Shown: one piece after another, positions 9,914 to 20,021 of the stretch
Position numbering within the stretch: the first letter of the stretch is position 1
How the letters are laid out: every line of letters starts with the position of its first letter
Source: Candidatus Marinacidobacterales bacterium
GTDB lineage: Bacteria > Acidobacteriota > Vicinamibacteria > Marinacidobacterales > SMYC01
Assembly (NCBI GenBank): GCA_965224085.1
Contig: CBDCYI010000004.1
Span: forward strand, 1,664,001 to 1,728,000
DNA: 64,000 nucleotides
Direction: 5' to 3'
Notes under the pieces: model-generated
Seen by the model: only the letters and a program-made list of their open reading frames with translations
What the model was told of the DNA's origin: nothing
Databases searched by the model: none
Program-made: the position numbers and the translations under genes

Positions 9914-11553
9914 GTCTCGAAGCCGGCGGCTTCAACATCGCCTCGCACTTGCCCGCCATGGCCCGACGCCAACCAGACAGCCCGGCCGTGGGGCTTTGGT
10001 CCGGTGAATCGCTGACGTTCAAGGAGTTGGACCAAGCCAGCGGAACGCTTGCCCGTGGGCTGGAATCCGTTGGGATCGGCCGAGGCGTCCTCAGCGTGCT
10101 GATGGTCAAGCCCAGTTTGGATTTCTTTACCCTCACCTTCGCGCTGTTCAAGTGTGGGGCCGTCCCGGTAGTGGTGGATCCGGGGATAGGCCTCAAGAAC
10201 CTGGGCGTTTGCTTGGACGAAGCTCGGCCCGAGGCCTTCATCGGGATTCCAAAGGCCCACGCCGCGCGCGTCCTCTTCAAATGGGCCAAGGGAATGATCC
10301 GCACCAAGGTCACGGTGGGACGTCGGTGGTTCTGGGGCGGCTATACGCTCGAGGATATCTTCCGTCGAGGACGATCCGACAGCGACTACTCTGAAGCATC
10401 CACCGCGGCGGACGAGACGGCGGCCATTTTGTTCACGTCGGGAAGCACGGGTGTCCCCAAGGGCGCCGTCTACACCCATGGCAATTTTTCTGCCCAGGTG
10501 GAGATGATCCGCGACACCTACGCCATCAAGCCAGGTGAAAAGGACATGCCGACCTTTCCTCTCTTCGCCCTGTTCGATCCCGCCCTTGGGATGTCCGCCG
10601 TCATTCCCGACATGGATGCGACCCGTCCAGCCCACGTGAAACCGGAGAACATCATCGAGCCCATCCGTCGCCACGGCGTGACCAACATGTTCGGTTCGCC
10701 CGCCCTCATCGACAAAGTCGGGCGCTACGGCGAAGCCCATGGCGTGAAGCTTCCGTCTCTCAAACGCGCCATCTCCGCCGGTGCACCCATGCCGGCCCGC
10801 GTCCTCGAGCGCTTCTCCAAAATGCTCTCCACAGACGCTCAGGTCTTCACCCCCTATGGCGCCACCGAATCCCTGCCGGTATGCTCCATTGGCAGCGCGG
10901 AGGTCCTTTCGGCGACCCGGGAGAAGACGGAACAAGGCGCAGGCATTTGCGTTGGCCGACCGGTGAAGGGCATGACGGTGGAAGTGATCCGGATCGGTGA
11001 GCATGACGAGGTCATCAAGGATTGGAATGACGCCCTTCGTGTGCGCCCGGGTGAGGTGGGGGAGATCGCCGTGAAAGGCCCCGTGGTCACGCGTTCGTAC
11101 TTAAACCGAGAGGGTGCAACGAAGCTAGCGAAGATTTCCGTACCTAACTCTACCGACTTTTATCACCGCATGGGCGATCTCGGTTACTTCGACGACGAGG
11201 GCCGGCTGTGGTTCTGCGGCCGCAAGTCCCATCGCGTCGTCTCCAGTAACGAGACCTACTACACGATTCCCTGCGAGGGTGTGTTCAACGCGCATCCAAA
11301 GGTTTACCGCTCGGCACTGGTCGGTGCCAAACACCTCTCTGAAATCGAGCCTGTTCTCGTGGTGGAGCTCGAGACGGACGCCCGGGAGTCCAATGGACTT
11401 CGCCAGGAGCTACTGGATCTCGGTGCCGCGCAGCCCCACACCAGAAACATCAAAACGCTGCTCTTCCACAAGAGCCTGCCAGTGGACATCCGCCACAACT
11501 CGAAGATCTTCCGCGAGAAGCTCGCCGCGTGGGCGACCGAGCGTCTCCGGTGA
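9910..11553 (+). CDS. oleC: OleC beta-lactone synthetase (AMP-binding)
   Basis: FTSGSTGVPKG, YGATE, HRMGDLG and C-terminal VDIRHNSKI. Confidence 0.9.
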   Translation: MSLEAGGFNIASHLPAMARRQPDSPAVGLWSGESLTFKELDQASGTLARGLESVGIGRGVLSVLMVKPSLDFFTLTFALFKCGAVPVVVDPGIGLKNLGVCLDEARPEAFIGIPKAHAARVLFKWAKGMIRTKVTVGRRWFWGGYTLEDIFRRGRSDSDYSEASTAADETAAILFTSGSTGVPKGAVYTHGNFSAQVEMIRDTYAIKPGEKDMPTFPLFALFDPALGMSAVIPDMDATRPAHVKPENIIEPIRRHGVTNMFGSPALIDKVGRYGEAHGVKLPSLKRAISAGAPMPARVLERFSKMLSTDAQVFTPYGATESLPVCSIGSAEVLSATREKTEQGAGICVGRPVKGMTVEVIRIGEHDEVIKDWNDALRVRPGEVGEIAVKGPVVTRSYLNREGATKLAKISVPNSTDFYHRMGDLGYFDDEGRLWFCGRKSHRVVSSNETYYTIPCEGVFNAHPKVYRSALVGAKHLSEIEPVLVVELETDARESNGLRQELLDLGAAQPHTRNIKTLLFHKSLPVDIRHNSKIFREKLAAWATERLR

Positions 11554-12539
11554 AAGCCCTGGTCACCGGCGGGGGAGGCTTCCTTGGAAGGGCTATCGCC
11601 ATGAAGCTCCGCGCACGCGGCGATGACGTCAGGAGCTTTTCTCGAAGAAAGCACGCCGGGCTCGAATCCCTCGGGGTTGAGCATATTCAGGGGAACCTCG
11701 CCGATAGCAAGGCCGTGTCCGAAGCCGTTCGCGGTGATGTGGACGTCGTCTTCCACGTCGGAGCCAAGGCGGGCGTCTGGGGCCCCTACGCCGATTACTT
11801 CGCGACCAATGTGACCGGCACCGAAAACGTCATCTCGGCCTGCCGCCAGGAGGGCGTGCGCAAGTTGATTTATACGAGCACACCGAGCGTGGTTTTTGGC
11901 GGTGACGACCTGGAAGGGGTGAACGAGTCCATTCCTTACGCCTCACGGTACGAGACCGCCTATCCCGAAACGAAGGCCACGGCCGAACGCAAGGTGCTAC
12001 AGTCGAACGGCCCGGCGCTTCTCACCGTTGCCTTGAGGCCCCACCTCATCTGGGGACCCGGGGACAACCAACTGGTTCCGAGAATCGTGGCCCGGGGCGG
12101 GGCAGGCAAACTGAGAAAGATCGGACGCCGGCCCTGTCTCGTCGACTCGGTCTATATCGACAATGCCGCCGACGCGCACATTCTCGCTGCGGAAAGGCTC
12201 ACCCCCGGGGCCGCCTGTGCCGGCAAGCCCTACTTCATCTCCAACGACGAGCCGTTGCCAGTATTCGATCTCATCAACAAGATACTCGCCGCTGCTGGAG
12301 TGCCACCGGTCACGCGATCGATCCCGTTGCCCGTTGCCGTGACGGCGGGCTGGATGATGGAGACCGTTTACCGCGCATTATCCATCACGGAAGAGCCGCC
12401 AATGACCCGTTTCTTGGCGCATCAGCTCGCCACTTCACACTGGTTCGACATCTCCGCCGCCCGACGTGACTTGGGATACGTGCCGTCTGTCACCATTGAC
12501 GAGGGCCTGGATCGCCTGAAGCGATCGTTCGGCGCGTGA
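11550..12539 (+). CDS. oleD: OleD 2-alkyl-3-oxoalkanoate reductase (3-beta-HSD-like SDR)
   Basis: TGGGGFLG, YPETK, LRPHLIWGPGD; GTGA overlap with oleC. Confidence 0.88.
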   Translation: MKALVTGGGGFLGRAIAMKLRARGDDVRSFSRRKHAGLESLGVEHIQGNLADSKAVSEAVRGDVDVVFHVGAKAGVWGPYADYFATNVTGTENVISACRQEGVRKLIYTSTPSVVFGGDDLEGVNESIPYASRYETAYPETKATAERKVLQSNGPALLTVALRPHLIWGPGDNQLVPRIVARGGAGKLRKIGRRPCLVDSVYIDNAADAHILAAERLTPGAACAGKPYFISNDEPLPVFDLINKILAAAGVPPVTRSIPLPVAVTAGWMMETVYRALSITEEPPMTRFLAHQLATSHWFDISAARRDLGYVPSVTIDEGLDRLKRSFGA

Positions 12540-12665
12540 TCGAGCGTTCTCAGAAAACAACAAAACTCGCCGGAAAGCCTACGGTTGCAGCGAAGGCCCT
12601 CACGAGACCATGCAGGCCTTTTTCTAAATCTAAAGCTGCGCTCCGCCACGCGACCTATGCTAGCT

Positions 12666-14119
12666 AGAGCCTGTTGCAAAACGTAACCGCTTCACCGTTG
12701 GTTTCAATCCGCGTCCAATCGGGCAGCTGACAGATCTGTGATTTGCCGGCGCCAAACGCGCCTGGATCGATCCGCAAGAATTTTCCCAACTATTTTGTAT
12801 TTGGTCGTTTTTTTCTTGACTTGTAGCCTAAGGGATGATATTTATTAGGCGTTATAGGGACCGTTACCAGGCAGTCCGCCCTCTTCTACGTCAACTTCTC
12901 CAAACAGGCGCCGCTCATCAAGGATGATCTACTCGAACCCGTCGACACGCTCCTCGAGGACCCCGAGCTGATAGAACTGACGAGAGAATCGCTCGCTGGT
13001 CGTTTCCCGCTCTCACCGCGTACCGGCCGGGTGAGTATCGCGCCTGACCGCTTGCTCCGCAGCTGTGTACTCAAGCACATCAAAGGATGGTCCTTCCGAG
13101 TCCTCGAGCGGGAGATCCGTTCTAGCCTCGTGTATCGGCGCTTCACTCGCTTCGACGACGATTCGATTCCCAACTACTCCACATTCAGTCGCAACTTTTC
13201 CCTACTCGGTGATGCGTTCGTAGAGAAAATCCATGCCCGTGTGGTCGCTCAGGCTCGAGACGAAAAGGTGGCTACGGGACGCAAGTTACGCACGGATACG
13301 ACGGTAGTGGAGAGCAACATCCATTACCCCACAGATAGCTCACTGCTTGCCGATGGCATCCGGGTGCTCACCCGTAGTCTGAAGTGTATTGCAAAGGCTT
13401 GTGCTCAAGGTGCGCTCAAGGTGGTGGACCACAGCCGATCAACGAAAAACAGGCAGCTTGAGATCGACCGCGCCAGCAAGTCGTTCACCGAATCGAGCCA
13501 AGTCAAGTTCAAGCAAAGTTATCGCAAGCTCATGGGCACGGCGCGCAGCGTGGTCCGGCAAGCCGACGAGGTTATTCAGTCGCTCAAGAGCGGAAAGCTT
13601 CCGGTCGTGGGTTCGCTGGTGAGCATCATAAGCAATCAGAGCCAACTCGAACATTATCTGCCACTGTGCAAAAAGGTGTTAGCTCAGACAAAGGCCCGTG
13701 TTTTAGGGGGCCATCGTCACCATCCGGACAAGATCGTCAGCCTGTTCGAGGAGCATACGGCCGTGATCCGAAAAGGCAAAACATGGAAGCCGACCGAGTT
13801 TGGACGACTCGTGCGAATTGATGAGGTGGAGAACGGCATTGTTAGCCACTACGAAGTTGCCGCAGGCAATCCGGCGGACCAAACTCAGTGGATGCCCGCG
13901 CTGGAGCAACACAAAAAACAGTTCGCTCGTGCGCCGGAGATGGCGACCGCTGACCGCGGATTCTTTTCGGCAGACAATGAACGCAAGGCCATAGATCTCG
14001 GTGTAAAGAAAGTGGTGTTGCCGGCTCGAGGACGACCCTCGAAAAAACGAGCCAAGGTTCAAAAAAAGCGCTGGTTCCGTCGAGCCCTGATTGAAGACCC
14101 ATCCGGCGTGGAGAAGTGA
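12666..14119 (+). mobile_element. IS5-like/ISNCY DDE transposase element, 3'-truncated, probable 5' frameshift
   Basis: DTTVVESNIHYPTDSSLL, KPTEFG, ADRGF. Left-end-like GAGCCTGTTGCAAAA near 12667. C-terminal E motif and right end not found. Confidence 0.75.
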
Positions 14120-14661
14120 AGGATCGCATCGGCCGTTGCCCCCTGCCACGTTGTTTACCGTCGCGGTCACGGAGAAAAAGCAGCAAGGACTCCGAGTTCG
14201 TGCAGTACAACGTTCCCAGCGTCACCAAGCCTACCGTGATATCCGGCTCGGTGACGCTCGTCGCGCGCGATTTCTCACCGGTCGCGCATTACAGCACGAC
14301 CGTCGAGCCTTGATTTACCAGATCCGGCTTCACCATCCGCCTCGAAGCCGTCGGATCCTCGACCATTTCGACAAACAAGACCCACGGGCTCCTCCAAGCA
14401 AGAACCTCGATTCTCATTCCGCGAGTGTTTCGGCGAGATTCGGCAGCACGTCACCTTCGGGTCTCGGAATGCCGGGGGGAGGCATCATCCCCGCGGCCTT
14501 CTGGCCCACGAGCGTGAGCAGGATGCACAGCACCGCCGATATGGCCAAAGGAGCCTTCATGGGCCCGCCTCCCATCGAGTAGTTAGCGAGTCAGTTTGGC
14601 CGGTGAACCTCCATCTTAGCAAGGAGAACCGGTCAGATCCGCGCAGTGCAAGTTATGAGCG

Positions 14662-14900
14662 TCACGTTGTCCCCAACGCCCGATACGAGCTCCCCAAGTC
14701 GCCGAACAGCCAAATCAGCCGCTCACAGTGGTTGGCGGCTCCAAGCAACTGCATGCGGGTCGTGGCGTCGAGCTCGCTATCCTCCGCCAAGTAGGCTTTA
14801 CGGACGCGCGTCATCCCGTCCTCCGACGTCATTCGCTTCAGGAGGTCCACGTCCATCGTCGAGCGTTCCCGCGCGACATCGAGGAGCGTCAGTAGAATCG
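14662..14900 (-). pseudogene. Orphan C-terminal gene fragment (possibly PhoU-like tail of a Na/Pi cotransporter)
   Basis: Protein-like frame ...ANHCERLIWLFG... with no 5' part; family assignment weak. Confidence 0.3.
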
Positions 14901-14937
14901 CATCGATGCCGTCGACCGCCCGCAGCGTCGGCGTCCT

Positions 14938-17187
14938 CTACATTTCGGGAACGCTCGGCGGAAGATGACGGAGGAAGTACTCGGTCATCAGCGTGAACAA
15001 GTGGAGTTGGGTATTGCCGCCTCGCAGCGAATGGTTGCGCCCGTGGTAGAGCATTAGATCGAACTGCTTGTTGGCCGCCTGGAACGCCTCAGCCACCTCA
15101 AGGGTGTTCTGCAAGTGTACGTTGTCGTCCGCAATCCCGTGCACCAGCAAAAGGTGGCCCTTGAGCTTGGGCGCGTAGGTGACGACCGCCTCCTTGTCGT
15201 AAGCGGCCATGTTTTCCTTCGGCAGGCCCATGTACCGCTCAACCCAGGAGCTCGAGTGCGAAAGATAGTTCGTGACCGGTGCTTGCGACACCCCGACCGT
15301 GAAGTAGTCCGAGCCTTCGGTCAGGGCCAGAGATGTGAGGTATCCGCCGGCGCTCCTGCCCCAGATGCCGATCCGCGATGGGTCCGTGTAGGGCAGGCGG
15401 GCCAGGTATTTCGCTCCTTCGATGTGATCGCGCAGCGGCCAAGTGCCGAGGTTCTGGTACATGAAGTTCTCGAAAGCCTTCCCGCGCCCGCCTGTGCCAC
15501 GATTGTCGATCGTGAACACGATGTAGCCCTTCTGAGTCATCAACTGGTGCCATAGCCATCGTCTCGCTCGACTCGGGAACCACGAGGCGAGATCGCCGCC
15601 CCACCGGTTGACCACCGTCTGAGAGCTCACGCCACCGTAAGCGTAAAAGATGACCGGATACTTCTCTTTCAGGTTGAAACCGGCCGGCTTGATCATGACG
15701 GCGTTCAAATCCACCCCGTCGCTGGTCCGCACCGTCAGGAACTCTGGCTTCACCAGCTCGAAATCTGCCAAGCCGGGCATCTCACCCCTCCTCACCCAGC
15801 GCACCAAGCCGCCATCCGATCGGTGCATGCTGATCTGTGGCGGTGTGTTCACATCGGAGAAGGTGTTCACGAAATGGTTGGCATCGGGTGAGACGGACGC
15901 CGCATGCCACCCTGGCTTTCTGCTCAAGCGCTGGAGCTCCTGGCCGTCGAGCCTCACGCGGTAGACGTGCTGCTCGATGACCCCGTCTTTCTTGCCGTCG
16001 AAGTACAGCCAGCCATCCGCCTCGTCAACCCCGAGCACTGCGTGGCGCGATCGTGCAGCGTTAATCTCCCACTCGCCACTCGTGATCTGGTTCAGTAAGC
16101 TGCCATCGTAGTCGTACAGGTAGGCGTGTTTATACCCGCTCCGCTGCGACGTCCAGATGAAACGGTCGGAGTTCGTGAGGAACGTCAGGTCATTGTCGAT
16201 TCGCACCCAATACGGGTCGGTCTCCGTCAGGATCGCCCGCGATGCGCCGGTGGTCACGTCGGCAAAGAGCAGCTCGAGCTTGTTCTGCTGCCGGTTGAGG
16301 CGTTGGACCGCTACCACCGCCGGGTTGCGTGTCCAATTCAGCCGCGGGAAGTAGACGTCCGTGTCCGGGCCGAGCTGCAGCCAGCTCGTCTGGCCCGACT
16401 CGAGGTGAAGGACGCCGACGCGCAGCTTCCAATTCGTATCCCCTGCCTTCGGATACTTCTTCCTGTGCACCTTCGGGTACGGCGTCAGGAAGTCGATGAG
16501 GGGAACGGTGCCTACCGCGCTCTGATCCACGCGTACGAACAGGATCCGCTTGCCGTCGGGCGACCAGCGCCAGCCATCCGCCCCCAAGCCCTTGTTCACG
16601 CCGTTCAGGATGTCATCGTTCCCGTCGAAGGTGAGCTGGGTCTCGGTGCCGGACGCCCGGTCGACCACGAAGAGGTTGCCGCCCCGGACGAAGCCGATCC
16701 TGGTGCCGTCGGGCGCCAGCTTGGCGTACTGCTGAGCGCCGGCGATGCCTGACAACGGCCTGAGGGCGCGAGTCACGGTGTCGTAGAGGTAGTAGCTCCG
16801 GTCGGGGGGCGGGGAGCCGCGAAAGTCCGCCTGGCTCCGCGGTCCGGCAAGCACGAAAAACAGGCCGTCCTCGCTCGCCTGGTAATCCGTGAACGGGATG
16901 GGCGCACGGCCCGGGCCGAGCACCAGGGACTTGCCATCGACCACGACGGTGCGCTCGCCGTCGTCGACGTTTTCCCGGTAGATGTTCTTGGTTTTGCCGT
17001 CCGGATCGGCGTCCACGTAGAGGAACGCAGATCCGTCGGCTTCCCACTGTAGGCTCTGTAGGGACACACCGTCCCAGTCAGCGTCTGGTCCGAAGATGTC
17101 CTCGAGCGTCAGCGAGCGCTTCGGCGCGGCGGACGCGAGAGCGGAAAACGCCAGGAGGCACAGGATGGACACGAGTCGTCTAGTCAT
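14938..17187 (-). CDS. Secreted DPP IV-like S9 family peptidase
   Basis: Signal peptide, beta-propeller, DNRGTGGRG, nucleophile GRSAGG, DDNVH, NHSL. Confidence 0.9.
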   Translation of the reverse strand: MTRRLVSILCLLAFSALASAAPKRSLTLEDIFGPDADWDGVSLQSLQWEADGSAFLYVDADPDGKTKNIYRENVDDGERTVVVDGKSLVLGPGRAPIPFTDYQASEDGLFFVLAGPRSQADFRGSPPPDRSYYLYDTVTRALRPLSGIAGAQQYAKLAPDGTRIGFVRGGNLFVVDRASGTETQLTFDGNDDILNGVNKGLGADGWRWSPDGKRILFVRVDQSAVGTVPLIDFLTPYPKVHRKKYPKAGDTNWKLRVGVLHLESGQTSWLQLGPDTDVYFPRLNWTRNPAVVAVQRLNRQQNKLELLFADVTTGASRAILTETDPYWVRIDNDLTFLTNSDRFIWTSQRSGYKHAYLYDYDGSLLNQITSGEWEINAARSRHAVLGVDEADGWLYFDGKKDGVIEQHVYRVRLDGQELQRLSRKPGWHAASVSPDANHFVNTFSDVNTPPQISMHRSDGGLVRWVRRGEMPGLADFELVKPEFLTVRTSDGVDLNAVMIKPAGFNLKEKYPVIFYAYGGVSSQTVVNRWGGDLASWFPSRARRWLWHQLMTQKGYIVFTIDNRGTGGRGKAFENFMYQNLGTWPLRDHIEGAKYLARLPYTDPSRIGIWGRSAGGYLTSLALTEGSDYFTVGVSQAPVTNYLSHSSSWVERYMGLPKENMAAYDKEAVVTYAPKLKGHLLLVHGIADDNVHLQNTLEVAEAFQAANKQFDLMLYHGRNHSLRGGNTQLHLFTLMTEYFLRHLPPSVPEM

Positions 17188-17550
17188 GGGCGAATCCTTC
17201 GCTGCGGGGTAAACGCTCCATCGGAACGAGTGCTGTTACATTAACATCAGTTTGTTTCATTCTTCCCTTCCAGAGATTCACGTCGAAACCGTTTTGTTAT
17301 CGCCCGAGGACACCCTACTATACCAATGCTCGGCCAGCGGCTCTACGTCACGGCCAGGGGCTCGTACAATAGGACCCGGGAGCAGGAGTTAACCTATTGA
17401 TAGTTAGGGACTTAGTTGGATTCTGTAACCTATTGAATTGAGGGGGGTTGCGGAGAAAGGCGCTCGGGAGCGCCAGCATCACCGCCATATTTGCCCGGGC
17501 TCAATGAGATTCGGTAGAGCTCACGCCACAGTCGACAAGGCCCTCGATCG

Positions 17551-17991
17551 AGATTCCGGTCGGGAAACTGGGATGTCTGGATCGTTCCGGCCGAAGGCGG
17601 CGAGGCCAGCCAATTCACCGTGGATGCTACGGGTGGCCCCCCGCGCTGGTCCCCCGATGGAGAATGGATATTGTTCGGCTCGGACCGCTCCGGCCGTCGG
17701 GCTCTGTGGCGGGCGCTCGTCGGTGGAGGGGGAGAACCCGAACCCTTGAACGACGAGGGTGAGGTAGCGCGTTGGTCCCGAGACGGCCGGGAGATTTACT
17801 TCCACAAGGCAGGCCACATCTGGTCACTTTCCTGGGATGATCGCAGCGCGCGTCAGCTCGCCGATCTTGACGACAGTGTCAGCCTCGTACGTTTTGGCCT
17901 CGCGACGGACGGCGAATACCTGTATTTCATACTGGTGGATGATGTCGGCGACATTTGGGTCATGGATGTCGTGACGGACGAAAGCGAGTGA
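17551..17991 (+). pseudogene. C-terminal fragment of a TolB/PD40 beta-propeller protein
   Basis: WDVWIVPAEGG, PRWSPDGEW, ARWSRDGREIYF, GDIWVMD; no N-terminus. Confidence 0.7.
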
Positions 17992-18364
17992 TGCTACCAA
18001 TCCAATGGTGTCTACGAGGTTGTCGTTCCGGTGAAGGATCTGGCGCGGGCCGAGTCCTTCTATTGCGGTGTTCTCGGACTCGAAGTTGGGATTCGGGACG
18101 AAGAACGGAGATGGCTTTTTCTACGCGCGGGAGGAACGGCGGGGATGGTTGTGCTCCAGGAAAACAAGGCGGGGTTTCCCAAGACTCATTTCGCGCTCGC
18201 GGTGAACGAGGGCGACATAGACGCCGCAGCATCTACGCTGAGGAAGCAGGGGATCACCGTCAAGGGCCCCATATTGATTGAGTGGATGCCCGCGAAATCC
18301 ATCTACTTTCGCCGATCCCGACGATCACGATTTGGAGCTGTGTGCGCTCATTGAACGACGCTAG
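17991..18364 (+). pseudogene. VOC/glyoxalase family protein with two +1 frameshifts
   Basis: Reconstructs as MLPINGVYEVVVPVKDLARAESFY...HFAL...SIYFADPDDHDLEL after removing one extra C (~18003) and one extra T (~18309). Confidence 0.7.
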
Positions 18365-18446
18365 CAACAGAACCCTCGGCGGAGCCTCCCTACCGTTTGA
18401 CCCCCTCCTCCCAGGCCGCTACATTCCTCTTTAAATAAGGTTACGA

Positions 18447-18516
18447 ATGGCCCTCACTTCGGGAACCCGCCTAGGCCCCTACGAGATCCTCTCTCCAGTC
18501 GGCAAAGGGGGAATGG
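18447..18516 (+). pseudogene. Ser/Thr protein kinase, N-terminal 23 codons (split by IS110 element)
   Basis: MALTSGTRLGPYEILSPVGKGGM; joins in frame to GEVYKAKD at 21156. Confidence 0.92.
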
Positions 18517-18557
18517 ACTCCCCACGCCGGATCAAGAGAAAACGTTCTTCGTAATAG

Positions 18558-19826
18558 TCATCCGCGATTCGCTTTTTTTGTGGGCCACCGGGAGGGGTCG
18601 TAAAGGGTTCCTTGTCGAAGCATCGCAATGGCGATGGGGAGAATGCGGTCCATGACGCCTCTGAGAGCTCTGGCATGGCTGTGGCCTCTGTCACGAAGCC
18701 GGTCGTAGTGTTCTTTGAAGTGGGGGTCGTGCAAAACGGCAGTGCGTGCCCAATGGTGGAGAGCATTATTGAGGGGCAAAGAGCGAGCTCTCCTCATCAG
18801 GATCGTTGGTCGCAACTGACCGCGCTTGCCGCTCTTTTTTGTGACAGGAGCAATGCCGCCGAGAGTCCTGAAGGCGTTGAGATTACGGAGCCGAATGGGG
18901 TCGTGGGCATAGCAGAGCACGGAGGCGAGCACGTAAGCACCGACGCCGGGCAAAGAGGCAAGAATGGCAGGGTCGGAGCAATGCTCGTCGGTTAGTGCTT
19001 GCACGCGCTTGAACCACTTCTCGAGATGCTGGTCGGAGGCACGACGATGTTGTCGAACGAGGAGCAACTGCTGGAGTAGTAGTTGGAGATGCTCGGCGGT
19101 AGCTTGAGTGGTTGCGGTTGCGACCCGGAGAGGTTTTTGTTTGAGGGTATCGAGGATCTTCTCGGGTTTTAGACGTCGGATGCGGTGTTTTTGAGCGAGG
19201 GTCTCAATGGAGTGGCGGCTAAGAGGGTTGGGGCTGGATTCGAAGAAGAGTTTTAGGAGCTCGCAGAAAAAAGCGTCGAGAGCCTTGTCCTTTGGCGCGA
19301 GCGAGACGAGGTGAGGCCAGCAACGAGTAAGGAGTTCTCGGATCTGCGAGCTGAGGGCCACATGGTTTTTGACGAGTTGGTCGCGGGTACTCAGCAACCC
19401 GCGCATAGCGAGGATCTCCGTAGGTGGGAGATGCAAGCGCTGAAAGCGGTGGCCGTCGGTTCTGAGCGAATCGGCGAGAACGAAGGCGTCTCGCCGATCA
19501 TCCTTGGCGCCGCTCATAGAATGCCGGTCGCGGAAACGGTCGACCTGCTTGGGATTGATGGAGAAAATGGCGATGCCGTGGTCAAGAAAGAGCTCGACGA
19601 CGGCCCCATGAGGTTTTTCGATCGCCACCGCGATGCGCTCGGTATCTTGCGAGGTCTCTTCCAAAAGCCAGTCGATGGTTCCCGATAGTCCTTCGCGGCT
19701 ATGGGGGAAGCCTCTCTCCGCCAAGAAGTTACCTTTGGCATCGACCACACTGGCCAAGTGAAGCCATTGACCCAGGTCGATACCGACGAAGAAGTCGTAT
19801 TTGAGTTGATTCATGGAAGAACTCAT
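18558..19826 (-). CDS. IS110-family DEDD recombinase
   Basis: VGIDLG, AIEKP, KDDRRDA (DEDD tetrad), SLPGVG, and APVTKKSGK with the catalytic Ser. Start is 19826 or 19814. Confidence 0.93.
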   Translation of the reverse strand: MSSSMNQLKYDFFVGIDLGQWLHLASVVDAKGNFLAERGFPHSREGLSGTIDWLLEETSQDTERIAVAIEKPHGAVVELFLDHGIAIFSINPKQVDRFRDRHSMSGAKDDRRDAFVLADSLRTDGHRFQRLHLPPTEILAMRGLLSTRDQLVKNHVALSSQIRELLTRCWPHLVSLAPKDKALDAFFCELLKLFFESSPNPLSRHSIETLAQKHRIRRLKPEKILDTLKQKPLRVATATTQATAEHLQLLLQQLLLVRQHRRASDQHLEKWFKRVQALTDEHCSDPAILASLPGVGAYVLASVLCYAHDPIRLRNLNAFRTLGGIAPVTKKSGKRGQLRPTILMRRARSLPLNNALHHWARTAVLHDPHFKEHYDRLRDRGHSHARALRGVMDRILPIAIAMLRQGTLYDPSRWPTKKANRG

Positions 19827-19837
19827 TTCCGCCAGCG

Positions 19838-20020
19838 CATGTGATGTTTCATCGGCCCCTGTACTGGCGCTCGAAGCGCAACTCCCCACTGGATGTCCAT
19901 CACAAAAGAATTGCCGGCACGCATGTCCATTCCTGGCGCTAGGAGCGCAGGGCGACGTATGGCGTTGCCGGCAAGCTGCTGACGAAATCGAAAATAGTCC
20001 AAGCTCATCGTGATATTTGC
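19838..20020 (-). ncRNA. Predicted bridge RNA (target-binding loop then donor-binding loop)
   Basis: Two guide-UGCGC-loop-GCGCCA-guide units whose guides match the insertion target and the circle junction; closing stems visible. RNA ends uncertain. Confidence 0.85.
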
Positions 20021-20021
20021 T

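Noticed and set aside
14116-14640. Short ORFs after the truncated transposase
   Set aside because: Fragmentary, with no assignable family.
19827-19889. Extended recombinase start at 19889
   Set aside because: Falls within the donor loop of the predicted bridge RNA.
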